64,000 bases of DNA from Iphione sp. A-MEVVRFRX5. Its lineage: Eukaryota. The translations under genes were made by a program, and so were the position numbers. The stretch spans positions 44,020,001-44,084,000 of the forward strand of contig OZ320314.1 in assembly GCA_976226885.1 (NCBI GenBank), written 5' to 3'. The notes beneath the pieces are model-generated. The model made no database searches, was not told the origin of the DNA, and saw nothing but the letters and a program-made list of their open reading frames with translations. Shown here one piece after another: positions 50,501 to 63,308 of the stretch; positions within the stretch are counted from its first letter, which is position 1, and the number at the start of each line of letters is the position of its first letter.

Positions 50501-53500
50501 CAGACAGTTCTGGAAACAGCGTGTTGGTTTTGATTTCAGTAGTCTATTCCTAGTGTTAGATATATTACACATGTTAGTAAAATCACAAGATAAGAATAGA
50601 CGGTAGGCTGATTAAAAAGTAAGGAGATCACATAACACCGTTCCTCCACACAACCCCTTACAGGAAATGTGGAAAAAAATATTAATGTGCAAAGTAGCCC
50701 TATCGTAGCTAAATTCACATACCTTCCTCTTTCAATGGCTCATCTGGAGAAAATTATGAAAAAATACATGAAAAGTTTTCTTCAATTTATATTTGGCCGC
50801 TTGTCGATGTTTGTCTGCCGAACCGGTTATATGACGCTCAAGTAAAATTGATTAGAAACCAAAGTTTTAGATGGCATTGTTGCTTAAATTATCAGTATCG
50901 ATATATGAGCTTGCGTTGAGTTGTAAATGCCCCCAACCTTAGAGCGTTGCGTGTGTATCTGCAAAACTTCTTGGAACGTTGGACAGCATCAAGTGGGAAT
51001 TTCGAAGAAAAACAAAGGGAAAAACTAGTCGTTTTGATGTTTTACTCTAAGCGATCAAAGATGTGATATCTGTTTTGTGGTTTAATCTAAAGGAAGACAG
51101 TTTACAACGGAAAACTATGACAATGAGAGAGAAGGATGGACGACTTCTAGCTCTGCTTGCTAGATCGTCAATATTTCAGGGTGACACTGGTCCGCTCTGT
51201 GGCTCGCTCTTTTTCCTCCCCGTTTGACAGCGCTGACCTAGAGCTGTAGAGTGATCACGTTCATCTTATTACCATCTCTCGCCTCATCGGAAGTGTCATG
51301 TGACTTCCCTCGTTTTGTTTCATGAGCAATAAATCAAGTCGATATGGACCAGATACGAGAATTAGCTAAAGCAAGCCCTCTGTACAGGGAAGCCGTCACT
51401 GTGATCGAGGAGGGAAATGATACTCCATCTGTGCTTGCGATACGTCTACATCAGCCCATGGCTGGTCTTCAGTGGAGCTGCTTAAATTCTTCTTGCGTGT
51501 TATAGAATGTAGGCGGTACCAAACCTGCCCTACATCACTGTATGGTTACCGGACTGACCCGCACGCCAGGTTGAAAGCTGTGGGGGACAGATTTAGATGA
51601 ATATTTCACATTGCGGATTTAAAAAGAAACTAAACTGTACATGGGATTTTTAAAAAACGGAGGAAAGTGCTGTTTGGCTAGATAGCCGTTAATCCCTGCG
51701 ACCCTAGGATGGGTAGCTAGGGTCGGCGGGAGGGCGGGTGGGTGGATGGGTGGTGGGATTGTTACGGCTCGCAACTGTAAAGTGTCGGGTAGATTCAATG
51801 ATGGTTTCTACACGACACCACAGCTGCTGCAATCCTCCACCATCACCATGGGTGTCTCGTGTCGTCACCGAATGCAACAAGGGCCGACAACGTGCACATT
51901 CCTCCAGGAGATACTCTTCACCACCACAACGACGCGACCCTCCTCCACTCTAATACCGAGAAGACAGGTATTTCAAGTGGGCCACCCGAGGAGGCTTCAT
52001 TCCTTTCTTTACCAACCACAACAATATGTTAACCTAAAGGGAAAAAGTCACCAATTTTTCGTCTACCCCTCCACCCCAACCACGCACACACACGCACGCA
52101 CACGCACACATACACGCAAAATACAAAGAGTACTATTGTGATGAGTAACTGCTCCCAGTCGTCGGGAGGAGGGGACGGGGAGGGGGGGGGGGTTGTAACA
52201 AATAGCCAGCAGACCTGGCATGAGACCTCCTGGTTTAAGGAGCTATTGTGTTCGGCGTGTGCCAGCGACATCACGCAAGTTGCTCATTTGGCAGACGACT
52301 TTTGTTTAGCGTCCCCATGGCCGATGTCAAGTGAGGAGCCACCACCTTCATTCTCGGTCCAAACGCTCTAACGGCCATTACGCAGTAAGGAGAGGTCACG
52401 TGGCTGTATCAACGCTGGGCTGATAATACAATGCATGCACTAAGGTGTCACTATTATAAAACATCGAGTAAAAAAGCTTTACAAAAATCCCACGGCAAAT
52501 AGATTAATCATGGGTGTTCATTCTTTTGACATAGAAAACAATAGCCTTGCTATGTAGCATAAATGGGACTCACTGGCTGAGATAAACCAGATAAAAAGAT
52601 TTAAAAAGTTATAATGTTAAAAAATGGCATATACATAATATGTGTCTATGAGTTCGATGCGACCCTTGACAAAGTCACTACTCAGGGTTTGCATGGCTCT
52701 CTCGCTCACACATTGGATCTTACGGCAAATAATAATAGCGGGTACGGGGCTAGTTTGTGTTAAGCCTTTCCTATCAATATGATACAAATATAAAGCAATC
52801 AGTCCTAAAGCGGTTTCCCCCCCTCCAGTTTGAAAACAAACTTTTTACTAGGATTTCAGTGCAATAAGGTTGGTACAGGTTGGTAGTGGCGGTATGCATT
52901 ACAGATGTATGATCAAAGTATGGGACGGATGGGGAAGAGAGGATGGAAAAAAATGTAAAGAGGTTGAGAAGAGGAGAGGAGGGAAAGAAAGGGAATGAAA
53001 AGACCTAGACAGGGCAGGGGAAGAGACAGATGCAACTGAATTCAGAGACACTGGATTTAACAGCAGACTGGTTTGAATAACTTTGAAACCTTTGCTTTGT
53101 TTTTAGTCACGCAGCTGGACCGTCTGGTCCACTGATCCCCCCAAAAGCAATAAAGACGGTCCACTGATTTTCCCCTGCAATAAACATCCTTTTTTCTTCC
53201 ACAAACCCCTCTTTCTGCTCCTAGTTCCAATGGGATACGATGTTAACTGTAAAAAACAGCGCAATACTGATATTCCATAGTTCTTAGAACTCTATGTCAG
53301 TACCCTGTGTAGAAAAGCTTACGCACAGAATTCTCGTACCAAGTTTATCGGCACCATTGATGATTTATATAAAATATTTACTACTGAAGAAGTGCCCACA
53401 GTGCGAAAATCCTTCTCTAAAATATCAAGGAGTAAAATCCAAATTTAAGGAAAACTGAGAACAAAATAAATTTTGTAGAATGGGATAAATGTATTTCTAA

Positions 53501-56500
53501 GGTTTCCTGCTCAGGCCAGGCACAGTAAACTGGACAAATCTTTGGGCCGTACTCCGTCAACTACATACGAGCTACGTTCGACTTACACGCCTACAGACCT
53601 GTATACAAACTCTCATCCTTCACTTTAGTTTGTTGTTGTTTTGTGTATGTGGGGGTGGTGGTGTTCATAGTCTCAAACAATTATTAAAAAATTGTATATT
53701 CTATGTTCCTCCGTGTTAACAGCTTGGTTCTCCTTCCATACAGGCCCTAACCCATGCCTGGACGACAGCAACGAGATGTACTACCCGGACCCCAAGAACT
53801 CTAGCCGTTACATCCAATGTACAGGACACCGTCGAGCTTACACGCGCCACTGTAACTATGGCCAGGTGTGGTCACAGGCATTGCGCACCTGCATGCCTGG
53901 CAGCCACACCACCGACTACAACTACGACTACAAGCTGCAGGCAGGTAAGCAGCGCCTGCAGCCGGCGAGTGGAACCAGTCAGTATGGAGACAGACGTCGA
54001 GTGTCAACGTCGACAAAGCAACACTATCAACTTCCCATGCGCTACCAGGGTCATGGGTATAATTACTACCCCTTCAACTACATGTACTTTCCTTTAGCCT
54101 TCACCAGGGGACTGCTCTACGGTAAGAATTACCAGGCAGGACGAGGTCAACAGATGATAGTGAAAGGAGCTTCGTCCAAAAGCCATCAGGCTTCACAAAG
54201 GACCAACCAACCATCTTCTTATGGTAGTACTTCGTACTGGCGACCTCCCATGTCCCTACACTCCATGAGTTCAGGACAGATTCATCGAGCCAGTTCTTCC
54301 TCCTCCTCAATGGCGGCTGCCTCCTCCTGGGCGGCCTCTCCTCGCTCAAAAGGTAAAACAGCTTTCAGCCATGCGTACTACGTCCAGCCAACGCCGAAGC
54401 CGACCCGCGACAGCCGCTGTGCCGACCCGACGGTGCGGTACCTGCCTCACCCTACCGGGCGGTCGAAGTACTACGAATGCCACGCGGGGGAGCTGCTAGT
54501 ACGTAGCTGTGCAGGTTCTACCGTATGGGTGCAACCGATGAGGACATGCGTCGACCTCACCAACCGCCTCAGTCTGACCGTGCCCATGGCCAACCCCTGC
54601 GCCGGCTCGGATGCCACCTACAAGCCGTATCCGGCCAACCCCAGCAAGTACATCGAGTGTCGTGACGTGCAGAGCGTGCTGGTGTGGACCTGTAAGCCTA
54701 CGAATATCTGGGTGCAGCATGAGGAGCGTTGCATGGCCACCAATGCCCTCCAGTCGGCCGTGCCGCCCAGGGCCAACATCCACCGCCGTCAGTACGATCA
54801 CGTTCATCATACACAGGCCGCCAAAACGGCCAGGACGACCTACGCTGGAGGTGCAGGAGGAGTGAGAGGAGGGGGCTACACCATCTGCGACAACACCACC
54901 TACTACTTCGCCAACCCCAACAATAGGCATAGCTTCATTCAGTGTGACTACTTCGGCAACACCTTCACGCTGCCCTGCGCTTCCGGTACAGCCTGGGATG
55001 ACGCCATCAAGGCTTGCGTCAAGGAGATGGGCGTCCAGCCGCACCATGTCGACGCCATGCAGGTGACCACCTCCATCACCGGCGGCAACGGCGCCGAATC
55101 TACCAACTACTACGACTTTGACTTCAGCGAGGCGCGGCCGCTGCAGGCGAGCAGTTACTACGACGACCATCAGGCTACTAACTACGGCTTGGGCCAAACT
55201 GTGTTGGGCGGCGACGCTAAGAGCTACCAGTACCATCAATACCCGAACTACGTGAACAACAGAGCGTACACCGGCAGAGGCGACGCGCAGGCGGGCATGT
55301 GCCGGTCCGGGGACCTGTGGATCCCGTCAATGAGGGCGTGCGTATCACTGTCGGAGGCCATCAAGGAGTATCAGGGGTGCCTACCTGGCGACTACTACTT
55401 CAAGCATTACTACATCTGCGCCTCCATCAGGTACTCGTCCGTGGAGGAGAAATCGGGGGGCAGCGGGCAGGGCGTTTACACCTATACCAACTACGACTCA
55501 TACCTAACCGATGACGCCCGCCAGAGCGTGGGTGGCGGCGGTGACAGCGCCGGAAGTAACCGCTGCGCCAGCAGGTACAAGGGCTATGGCGGACCCAACC
55601 CGTGCGGCACCAACGACACGTACTACTACGACTTCGACGAGGACCCCAACTGCTTCATCCAGTGTAACCAGCTGGGCACCATGTTCATCATGTCCTGCCC
55701 TTCGTCGTGCGTGTGGAATCAGCAGGCTGGCTGCTGTGTTAACCGTTATGATGCCAACTACGACCGGCACGACCTCGAGTCTGGCCAGTACCACGGTGGA
55801 GACACAATGCGGGCCAGCGGGAGGAGCGCCTACAGCGGCGGAGGGTCGGCGACCGTCTACGACAGGGCGGGCGGTAGTCAGTACGGTACGTCCATCGCTC
55901 ACGTGTGTGCCAACGACAGCGAGACCAGGTACAAGGAGCATCCTGAAAACGCCCACAAGTTCATCATGTGTTTCAACAGCTTGGCGTACCCCATGTGGTG
56001 CCCACACACCAACCTATGGCGCCAGGACATCCAGACTTGCTTTTGGCCGACGTCCGCCCATCACCACCACCACCTCCACTAAGTAGAAATACTAATGGTA
56101 GTAGTAACACACAGGGCCACATTCCTTGTCCTCCTCCTACTCTTCCTTCCCTTGATGGCTTCAGACAGCTTAGAAAATACAACTTTTCACGTAATACACC
56201 CGACTTGGAGATGCCTGGATCTTTTAAATCGGAACATTATTCTACGAGTATATGTACAATGTATATCGTGTTTTGTTTCACATATGGCATTGATGTTTGT
56301 TCCTCTCTACTGTGGCGAGGTTCTATGAAATCGGGTAACAAATGTTGGATATAAATATGGCCTCAATCTCTTTTGGCAAACATTTTCCTGGGTTATTCTT
56401 CTGGAAATGTTACGCGAGAACGGTAATACAATCATGATATGGCAAAGAGGCATCTTTCGACATGCTTATAGAACCGAAGCAACTTTTTACGCAATTACCT

Positions 56501-59500
56501 ACAGTTACCTTGTGTTGCTTTTTTTTTTTTTAATTCCAAAGCAAGCATTCCAACAAAACGTGGTCACTACAGCCTAAGAATGTCTACAGTGAGCAAGATA
56601 ACTATTCTTACATGGTTAGGAGTGACAAACGTGTACTGGCAATGTCCCGGCGACCCTTCTTAAACTCCAGACCCATAACTTGAATAAATTACTGAGTTGT
56701 AGTTCACTGAATAAGGAGAAGTCGTTAATAGGATTTCCTTGAATCTGATTGGAGGAGACAGGTCACATGACTTAGAACTCTCTAAGATGGCGGTTTCTTT
56801 TCGAAAAGTAAGCAAGGAACCTGCCGTCAGCATCCTATACTTCCAAGGCTCAAATTACCACTTTTCATGGTCGGATTTTAATGATTTACATATCAAATCA
56901 AAGTTTATGACATCTATTGCATTTATAATAACAATATCAGAACTGCGATTAACAATTTTATTTCGTGCTGGGTGAAAAGTTTAGTCATGACGCTTAAGGG
57001 CTGGGACTGGATCCCAGCCTGAGAAAAGTGACTAAGCCTTTTGACCCAGCACTTAATGCCATCGTTAATCGCGTAGGCGCAGTCAAAATTCCTTCCAACA
57101 TGACTCGTTGGCCTCATTTAAGCATCAGGCAAACAACTGTTTTAATATTTCTCCATTTTTCGTAACTATCATCTTTAAACAGGCATAAAGCGGGAGTCCA
57201 CACGAGCACATTCTGTGTATATTTCCGTGCTCTGGGTCTCCTAGTCTCGGTAGGAAGGGAGCCACAAGAACTGGCATCCCGTCACCTGACAGAGGCAGGG
57301 GACTTTAAGATCAAGTTGGTTACATACTGTGACCTGTTCAAAAAGGGAGATGGGGCTTGAAGGTTCGTATCAGACGGGTGGAATGGGTAGCCGGCTAGTG
57401 AGGGTTCACTGTATCTGTGTGCATTATGAAGGCGGAAAACTCAGAAACATACCTCGGTAGTGGATTGGGTAGATGCCACGATGCAGATGAAGCTGGCGGG
57501 CAACCTGTGGGAAGCGAGTGACAGCTATGATGGGACAACGGGGCCGGTAGGCAGCCAGTAACTGTGCAGACCTGCAATGGTAGAGACAGATAACAGAAAA
57601 TAATCCTCACTGTGGTTGTATTTTGACTGGCCTAGTGGTTAAACTATGGGAAGAGAGTGATAGCTAAGGTGTGACCGTGGGCGAGTACGCAGGCAGCAAC
57701 CATGCAAATCTGCAATGGAGCAGGCCTCTGCGGTACATGTACATGTATTCTAAAGAGTTGGAGTTCGGGAAACAAGCGACAGTGACAATGGGGCATCAGG
57801 GCTGCTAGCCAAGCAGCTACTGTGCAGAATGGTGAAATACCCCGACTGATGGACCAGGTGGTTAAACTGGGACAAGTATTTAACGGCTATGCCAATAAAA
57901 ATCAGCACACGCTCTAACGGGTGGTGTATTCTGCTACAGCCTGCATCACAACTCGCAAAACATTTTAGTATAGATTGAGAAGAGATATTTATCAAAAAAG
58001 TCAACAGTATCACTCTAAAGAGCTTATAGCGAGAAATCATCTTGGTCAAATTCCCACAAATTGGAACCGGTTCCGTAATAGTTTTATGATCGCTAATACT
58101 TTTGTGAAGGGAATAAATGCAATGTAAGGAGCCTGTATGCATCTGTATTACAAATAAATACACCCAGGAGTCCAAGGAAGAACAAGGTGACGTTAAAATA
58201 TATCCGAAGTCGAAAAACTCTGAATTTTTTCCTCACCTCCTGGATGTACTGACATACTTCTCTTAATAAATCCTCTGAGCCCGAAGTTCTTTAATTATGA
58301 AGTAGGTAAACCCTCTGATAAGTACTGTGACGTGCAGTGAACAGATTAAATCAAATTGACAACTCATTCTACCCCTAATAACAAAATTTCTAATAACTAT
58401 GAAATGTGTCTTCTTTACAGCACTGAGTTACGGCAGCTTTGAATCAATCTGGACTTTTTGAATCAAACATAAAACAAATATATATTTATTTTACTTGCGC
58501 ATAGTTAAGAATCCATTGTATTATTAAGCAATGAGTAATTCGTTATGGCCATTGTGATTTCGTTTCCCACATCAGTAGAAATACCGGTTTGATCCTATGA
58601 AAATAACACATTTATTTTGGGGAATGGCCACTACACCTGTAAATTTCCGTCCTAAAAAATACCTTCGTGGTTATTTGCTTCAGTAGTACATAGTATGTAT
58701 TTCTTAGATGACAAGTATTATCATCATGTATGTTAAACAGTTGAATAAGTCAGCTTCGTAACTGCCATACAATCACAAACTGGGGGATCACAAGGACAGT
58801 GATGTTACTGGCTCGTCAGAGGGCGCCACGTAATAATGCGGGCATGAGCGCAACTGACAGTTCCCGGTGTTTATTAAAACTCACGAGAGACCGCTACAGC
58901 TTTGAGGGAACCTAGTGCAGCCACATCTGGGGCTTCTCACCTAGGTTAAGTGCCTACATGCTACAGTNNNNNNNNNNNNNNNNNNNNNNNNNNNNNNNNN
59001 NNNNNNNNNNNNNNNNNNNNNNNNNNNNNNNNNNNNNNNNNNNNNNNNNNNNNNNNNNNNNNNNNNNNNNNNNNNNNNNNNNNNNNNNNNNNNNNNNNNN
59101 NNNNNNNNNNNNNNNNNNNNNNNNNNNNNNNNNNNNNNNNNNNNNNNNNNNNNNNNNNNNNNNNNNNNNNNNNNNNNNNNNNNNNNNNNNNNNNNNNNNN
59201 NNNNNNNNNNNNNNNNNNNNNNNNNNNNNNNNNNNNNNNNNNNNNCGGCGGCACTGGAAGACTGATGGAAGAGGACCAGCGCGATATGACTGCCTACCTT
59301 TTCTATACTAACAAGCGCATTTGGCGCAATCTACACATGAAATCTCGCAATATTCCAACCATTACACTGGGTAGCACAACTTTCAGGCAACGTTTGATAA
59401 AAGCAGTGTAATCAACAACAAGCTCCTATCCAATCCCCATTTAACAGCATTAAGATGTTGAAAACTTGGCAGCCCGGTGAGCCTTATCCTGTTGATATCG

Positions 59501-62500
59501 ACACACATTGCAAGGATACTACTGGAAACGTTATACCAGTATCAATTAAACGAGTTTTGGCTCTAGATCATCTGAATACGCCCGCTCTCGGGCTACACGG
59601 CCGACTATTATCATGACACATCAACAAACCACTCCTTTTAGAAAGAAATGACACTATGATAGTTCGAACAGAACCCAGACTGTACTCCTCCACACCAGCT
59701 GCTCCGATAGATGACAAATGTTTTGTAAGGCTGGCTTTCACCATGCGCGACCTGACGTGAAATATAACACACGTTCACCATTAATCGAGAGAAAAAGAGG
59801 TCAAATGGTCACTTACAAATAGAACGTTGAGTGTGTATTTTTGTTTGCTCTGCATTTTCGACCAACTACAATGTCACAGTACCTTTTCCTTCACACTTTG
59901 GAGTTACATGTACACTCCTCCATGGTGGCATCTACTCTGGTAGACTTAGCCACGTAGTGCGAACATTGTCACAGAACCACCAATGAGCATGAGAACCGTT
60001 TCGTGTCATTGTTTCTTCCTTTTCTTTTTGTCTCTTTTTAAATCACAGCATCGCAAGCTATATGTGATCGAAAAAAACGCATGGCTCATGACGCATGTAC
60101 ACATATCTATCTTGGGGGGAGGAACTTGCACGCAGCAGCACTCGAGGCAACTCTGTTAATTTATAGCCAGATCCTTTTTAGAAAGAATAATAACACTATT
60201 TTGCTGGTATGCTACACTAGAACTTTCTCTATTAGACCACATCAAATTGTTTTAATGGAGTTCTTCTCAGATCATAGTTCTCACGCAAAAGAAATGTCCA
60301 AACTTTTCCAGGACAAATATATGCTTTCCCATGATTATCCTTTACTGGTTTGAGAAGAAAACAGTAAGCAAATATACAATAATTGGTACCTAAACAGGGA
60401 GATTGTACAGCCAGAGGCACGGAATACAGTTGAAACGAGTGGGCCTTTCAGTCAGTAGAGTGTGAGTGTGTGTATGTGTGTGTGGAATATAATAAAATGC
60501 AATTATTTCAGGTTGCAGCAAAGGGTTGGGGTCCACATTATTCATGAACCTATTTTTTTTTTGTTTTTACCTATTTCATGTAACATATAAGCACACGCAG
60601 GTCATTAAGTCAAGAAAGGACCTTGGAATCACTTACTTTCCAGTTGAGGTTATAACAATGATGCATCCGGCCAAGCAGTTGATGGAGGCCTCGACAGCTG
60701 CAATGGCTGTGGTTTGAGTCATATCAGTTGGGCGGTAGGTGAGCTGACGCAGCTCTTCGAACAGCTGCTTGTGGTAGATGGCTGCCTCGGCCTCAATGGC
60801 AATCTGCCAAAGGGAAAAAGGGGAACAATACATGACACATGACACATAGTCCATAACTTTTTTTTCTTTCTGATTTCCTATTTACCCACAATATCACTCC
60901 TAGCTAGATTTCTGGTACGGACACAGCTTAAGGGAAACCTGACAGAACCGTGAGGTTAGAAAATCAACAACAGTTGAATACTTTGAAAGCTGCAACACTA
61001 AGATGGTGTCAACAATACTGTGACACTACACTTTGGCCTGGTGTCAACTATACTGTGGTTGTATACTATTAGTTTTTCTCACCTTGTTCATGGTCTCCAC
61101 TGACTGCAGTGGGTATTGGCCCTTGGCCGTCTCTCCCGACAACATGATACAGTCGGCACCATCCAGTACTGCATTGGCTACATCTGAGCTCTCAGCACGG
61201 GTTGGCCGAGGTTTCTTCACCATGGACTCAAGCATCTTGCATATGAAAAAAACATTACGATCAAACTTATTGGGAAATTATGGATCCTTCTTGGATTGGA
61301 AAAATCGGAGACAAACATTAATGCTATATAACAATGCATCTTTTTGATATGGGACATGGTGCAATGGATAAAATATGCCCTAAAGATTTGTGACTGGCAT
61401 TTCAAATCTGAAGATTTAGGTAGTCTCAGCTTCACTAACCTGAGTGGCACAGATCACAGGCTTGCCTGCTTTGTTACACCTGCCAATCATCATCTTCTGT
61501 GCGAGGAACACTTTCTCTGTTGGGATTTCAATGCCCAAGTCACCACGTGCTACCATGATACCGTCCGCCTCTTTGAGAATTTCATCAAACCTGCAAAACA
61601 ACAACACTGGACCTTGAACTTCACTAGATAGATACCAGCGAACCTTATGAAGACAAATTTGAAAAAATCAAATGTTTCTGCAAATAACTTGACTTTTGGT
61701 AAATCTTTGGTCAGATGCACAGTTGCCTTTACATTCGATATCGCAGGATTCCCAAAAAATAAAAAAAAAGAACCCAGTGATTATTCATACCTCTTGACAC
61801 CCTCGTCATTCTCAATTTTAGCAATGATCAGTATCTTCTTGCCCTTCTCGCCCAGGATCTCTCGGATGGCACGGATTCCCTCTCCACTCCGAATGAAGGA
61901 GGCAAACACAATATCCACCTCTTGTTCAACACCGAAGAGCAAATCCTGCGTGTCCTTCTCAGAGACAGCGGGGAGGTCGACAGGTGTGCCCGGCAGATTG
62001 CAGCCCTTCTTGCTGCCCAGGTTGCCACCATTTTCAATCTCACATTTCAAGAAATCGGCACCTATGCACATGAAGCCAAAGCTTTATTTAGTTAAACAAG
62101 ACTGTCATAAAAATCTTATGGTAGGGTTAGATATATGAAGTGAAGTTAAGTGCTTATGGGTGATGTTACTGTTTGATAAACAAGTTGCCCCAGAAGACAT
62201 ACGATTCCCCAAACAAATTATATAGTTCGATGAAAATTACACAGCAACTTTCATAAGTCAGACAAGCTTGACCCACTGATTATGAAGCATGGTGGCAATG
62301 TTTCAAGCCTTTGTGCCTTCAGTGTAGGGGTACATGGATCGGCGAGGTCAAGATAGATAGTGAGACAGTTGGAAGATCAGAATCCTTAGGGCAGGGAGGG
62401 GGAGGGGCCACAAGTAAGGGTCTCACGATTAGTAAACACCTTCCCTGCTGACAGAAACCTCCTTACTGTTATTTACACCATTACGTCCTTTATAAATAGA

Positions 62501-63308
62501 TATGCAACCGTATAATTTATCTTCAAAATTTAAGGACTAAACACGCGGCTCTTAAGAATTAAATTGTCCCGTTCCAAATAAACCTATCCCTATCCTCTCT
62601 TAAATTACTGACAAGCACCTGGTTAATCTACAGTTCTTACGTTTGCTCAATACTCTTCGCTGTAAGGAAAAATCATACTGTGGTAATGTACAAACACCCC
62701 CTAGAGAGCATAAGTTGCTTGATCTAAAAGCATGAAAAACAAGACAAATCCAAGTAAGGGTGTACGATATTGTAGTAGAGAAATTTTGTGAAATGATGTG
62801 CATATATATACAGACTTCAGATGTCAATTGTTACTCTCATTGGAGCCCTCTAGTGGGCATGTACTGAATTAAAATCTTAGAACTAGTGAATAATCTGAAG
62901 TACTGGATTATCATATATTGCCAAATTTAAAATATCATACATGTATATCATTTTTTGAATTATCGATGAAGCTGAAGTTATGGGTGCTGAAGTGGTTTGA
63001 CTATTTCTTTCTTAGCTGTACATCTGTACAACACAAGTCATTAACTTATAAAAGATACATGAAAGAAACATGGAGTAGACAACAATAGGGCAGAAAAATC
63101 AATGTCTGGGACTTCACATACCAATCTCCTTGACGATGACCGAGATGAGTCCGTCATCAATGTAGATCTTCTTGCCAACGTCTAGCACCTTGGTAATATT
63201 CTTATAATCAACCCAGAGCAGGTCTTCCGTGCACTCTTCGACATGTGCATCATTCGTTGAAATAGTGATCATCTTACCGGCTTCCAGCTCTATCTCAGCA
63301 TTCACACC
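44509..63308 (-). CDS. PK: Pyruvate kinase, 3' seven coding exons (5' exons beyond window)
   Basis: Phase-consistent exons 63122-63308, 61791-62061, 61440-61590, 61083-61235, 60637-60803, 57453-57571, 44509-44723. [77 protein letters not shown]. Confidence 0.97.
47752..56082 (+). CDS. Secreted multi-domain chitin-binding (peritrophin-A/CBM14-like) protein nested antisense in the last PK intron
   Basis: Exon 47752-47836 (signal peptide [22 protein letters not shown], donor GTGAGT), probable His-rich exon 51824-51967, large exon 53744-56082; all junctions phase 1. Six C..P.P.N...YIQC..C..W..C domains plus a partial one; Tyr/Gly/Ser-rich spacers; ends HHHHHLH. Confidence 0.85.
48650..50140. repeat. 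Minisatellite, about 26-28-bp unit (GAGAACAAGAGGACTGGGCAGTCTATGT), interrupted by insertions
   Basis: Many degenerate units at about 48650-49110, 49345-49374 and 49951-50140. Confidence 0.88.
49375..49950. mobile_element. PIF/Harbinger-like MITE (576 bp) inserted in the minisatellite
   Basis: TIR TGCCCAGTTTCTAGGA(C/T)GTT; 3-bp TSD TAT (49372-74, 49951-53); removal restores the unit GCAGTCTATGTGAGAACAAG. Confidence 0.82.
50723..50743 (-). CDS. Candidate 21-nt alternative microexon of pyruvate kinase (DEPLKEE)
   Basis: TTTTCTCCAG-ATGAGCCATTGAAAGAGGAAG-GTATGT; symmetric phase 1, stop-free in the PK frame. Confidence 0.55.
58968..59245. other. Assembly gap (N run) in PK intron
   Basis: Run of n characters. 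Confidence 0.99.

Noticed and set aside
50536-50718. Minus ORF resembling a signal peptide ([12 protein letters not shown]..)
   Set aside because: Starts at GTG within the donor site of the candidate microexon; AT-rich intron, no further exons found.
51114-51181. Alternative first exon for the nested gene ([14 protein letters not shown]..)
   Set aside because: Weaker signal peptide and donor than the 47752-47836 exon.
54496-56007. Long minus-strand ORFs (247 aa, 167 aa) and alternative plus frames
   Set aside because: Shadows of the GC-rich chitin-binding exon; no motifs or splice support.
57890-60636. Search for a second 167-nt exon equivalent to the PKM M1/M2 pair
   Set aside because: Only one copy (60637-60803) is visible; the 278-nt gap cannot be excluded but gives no evidence.
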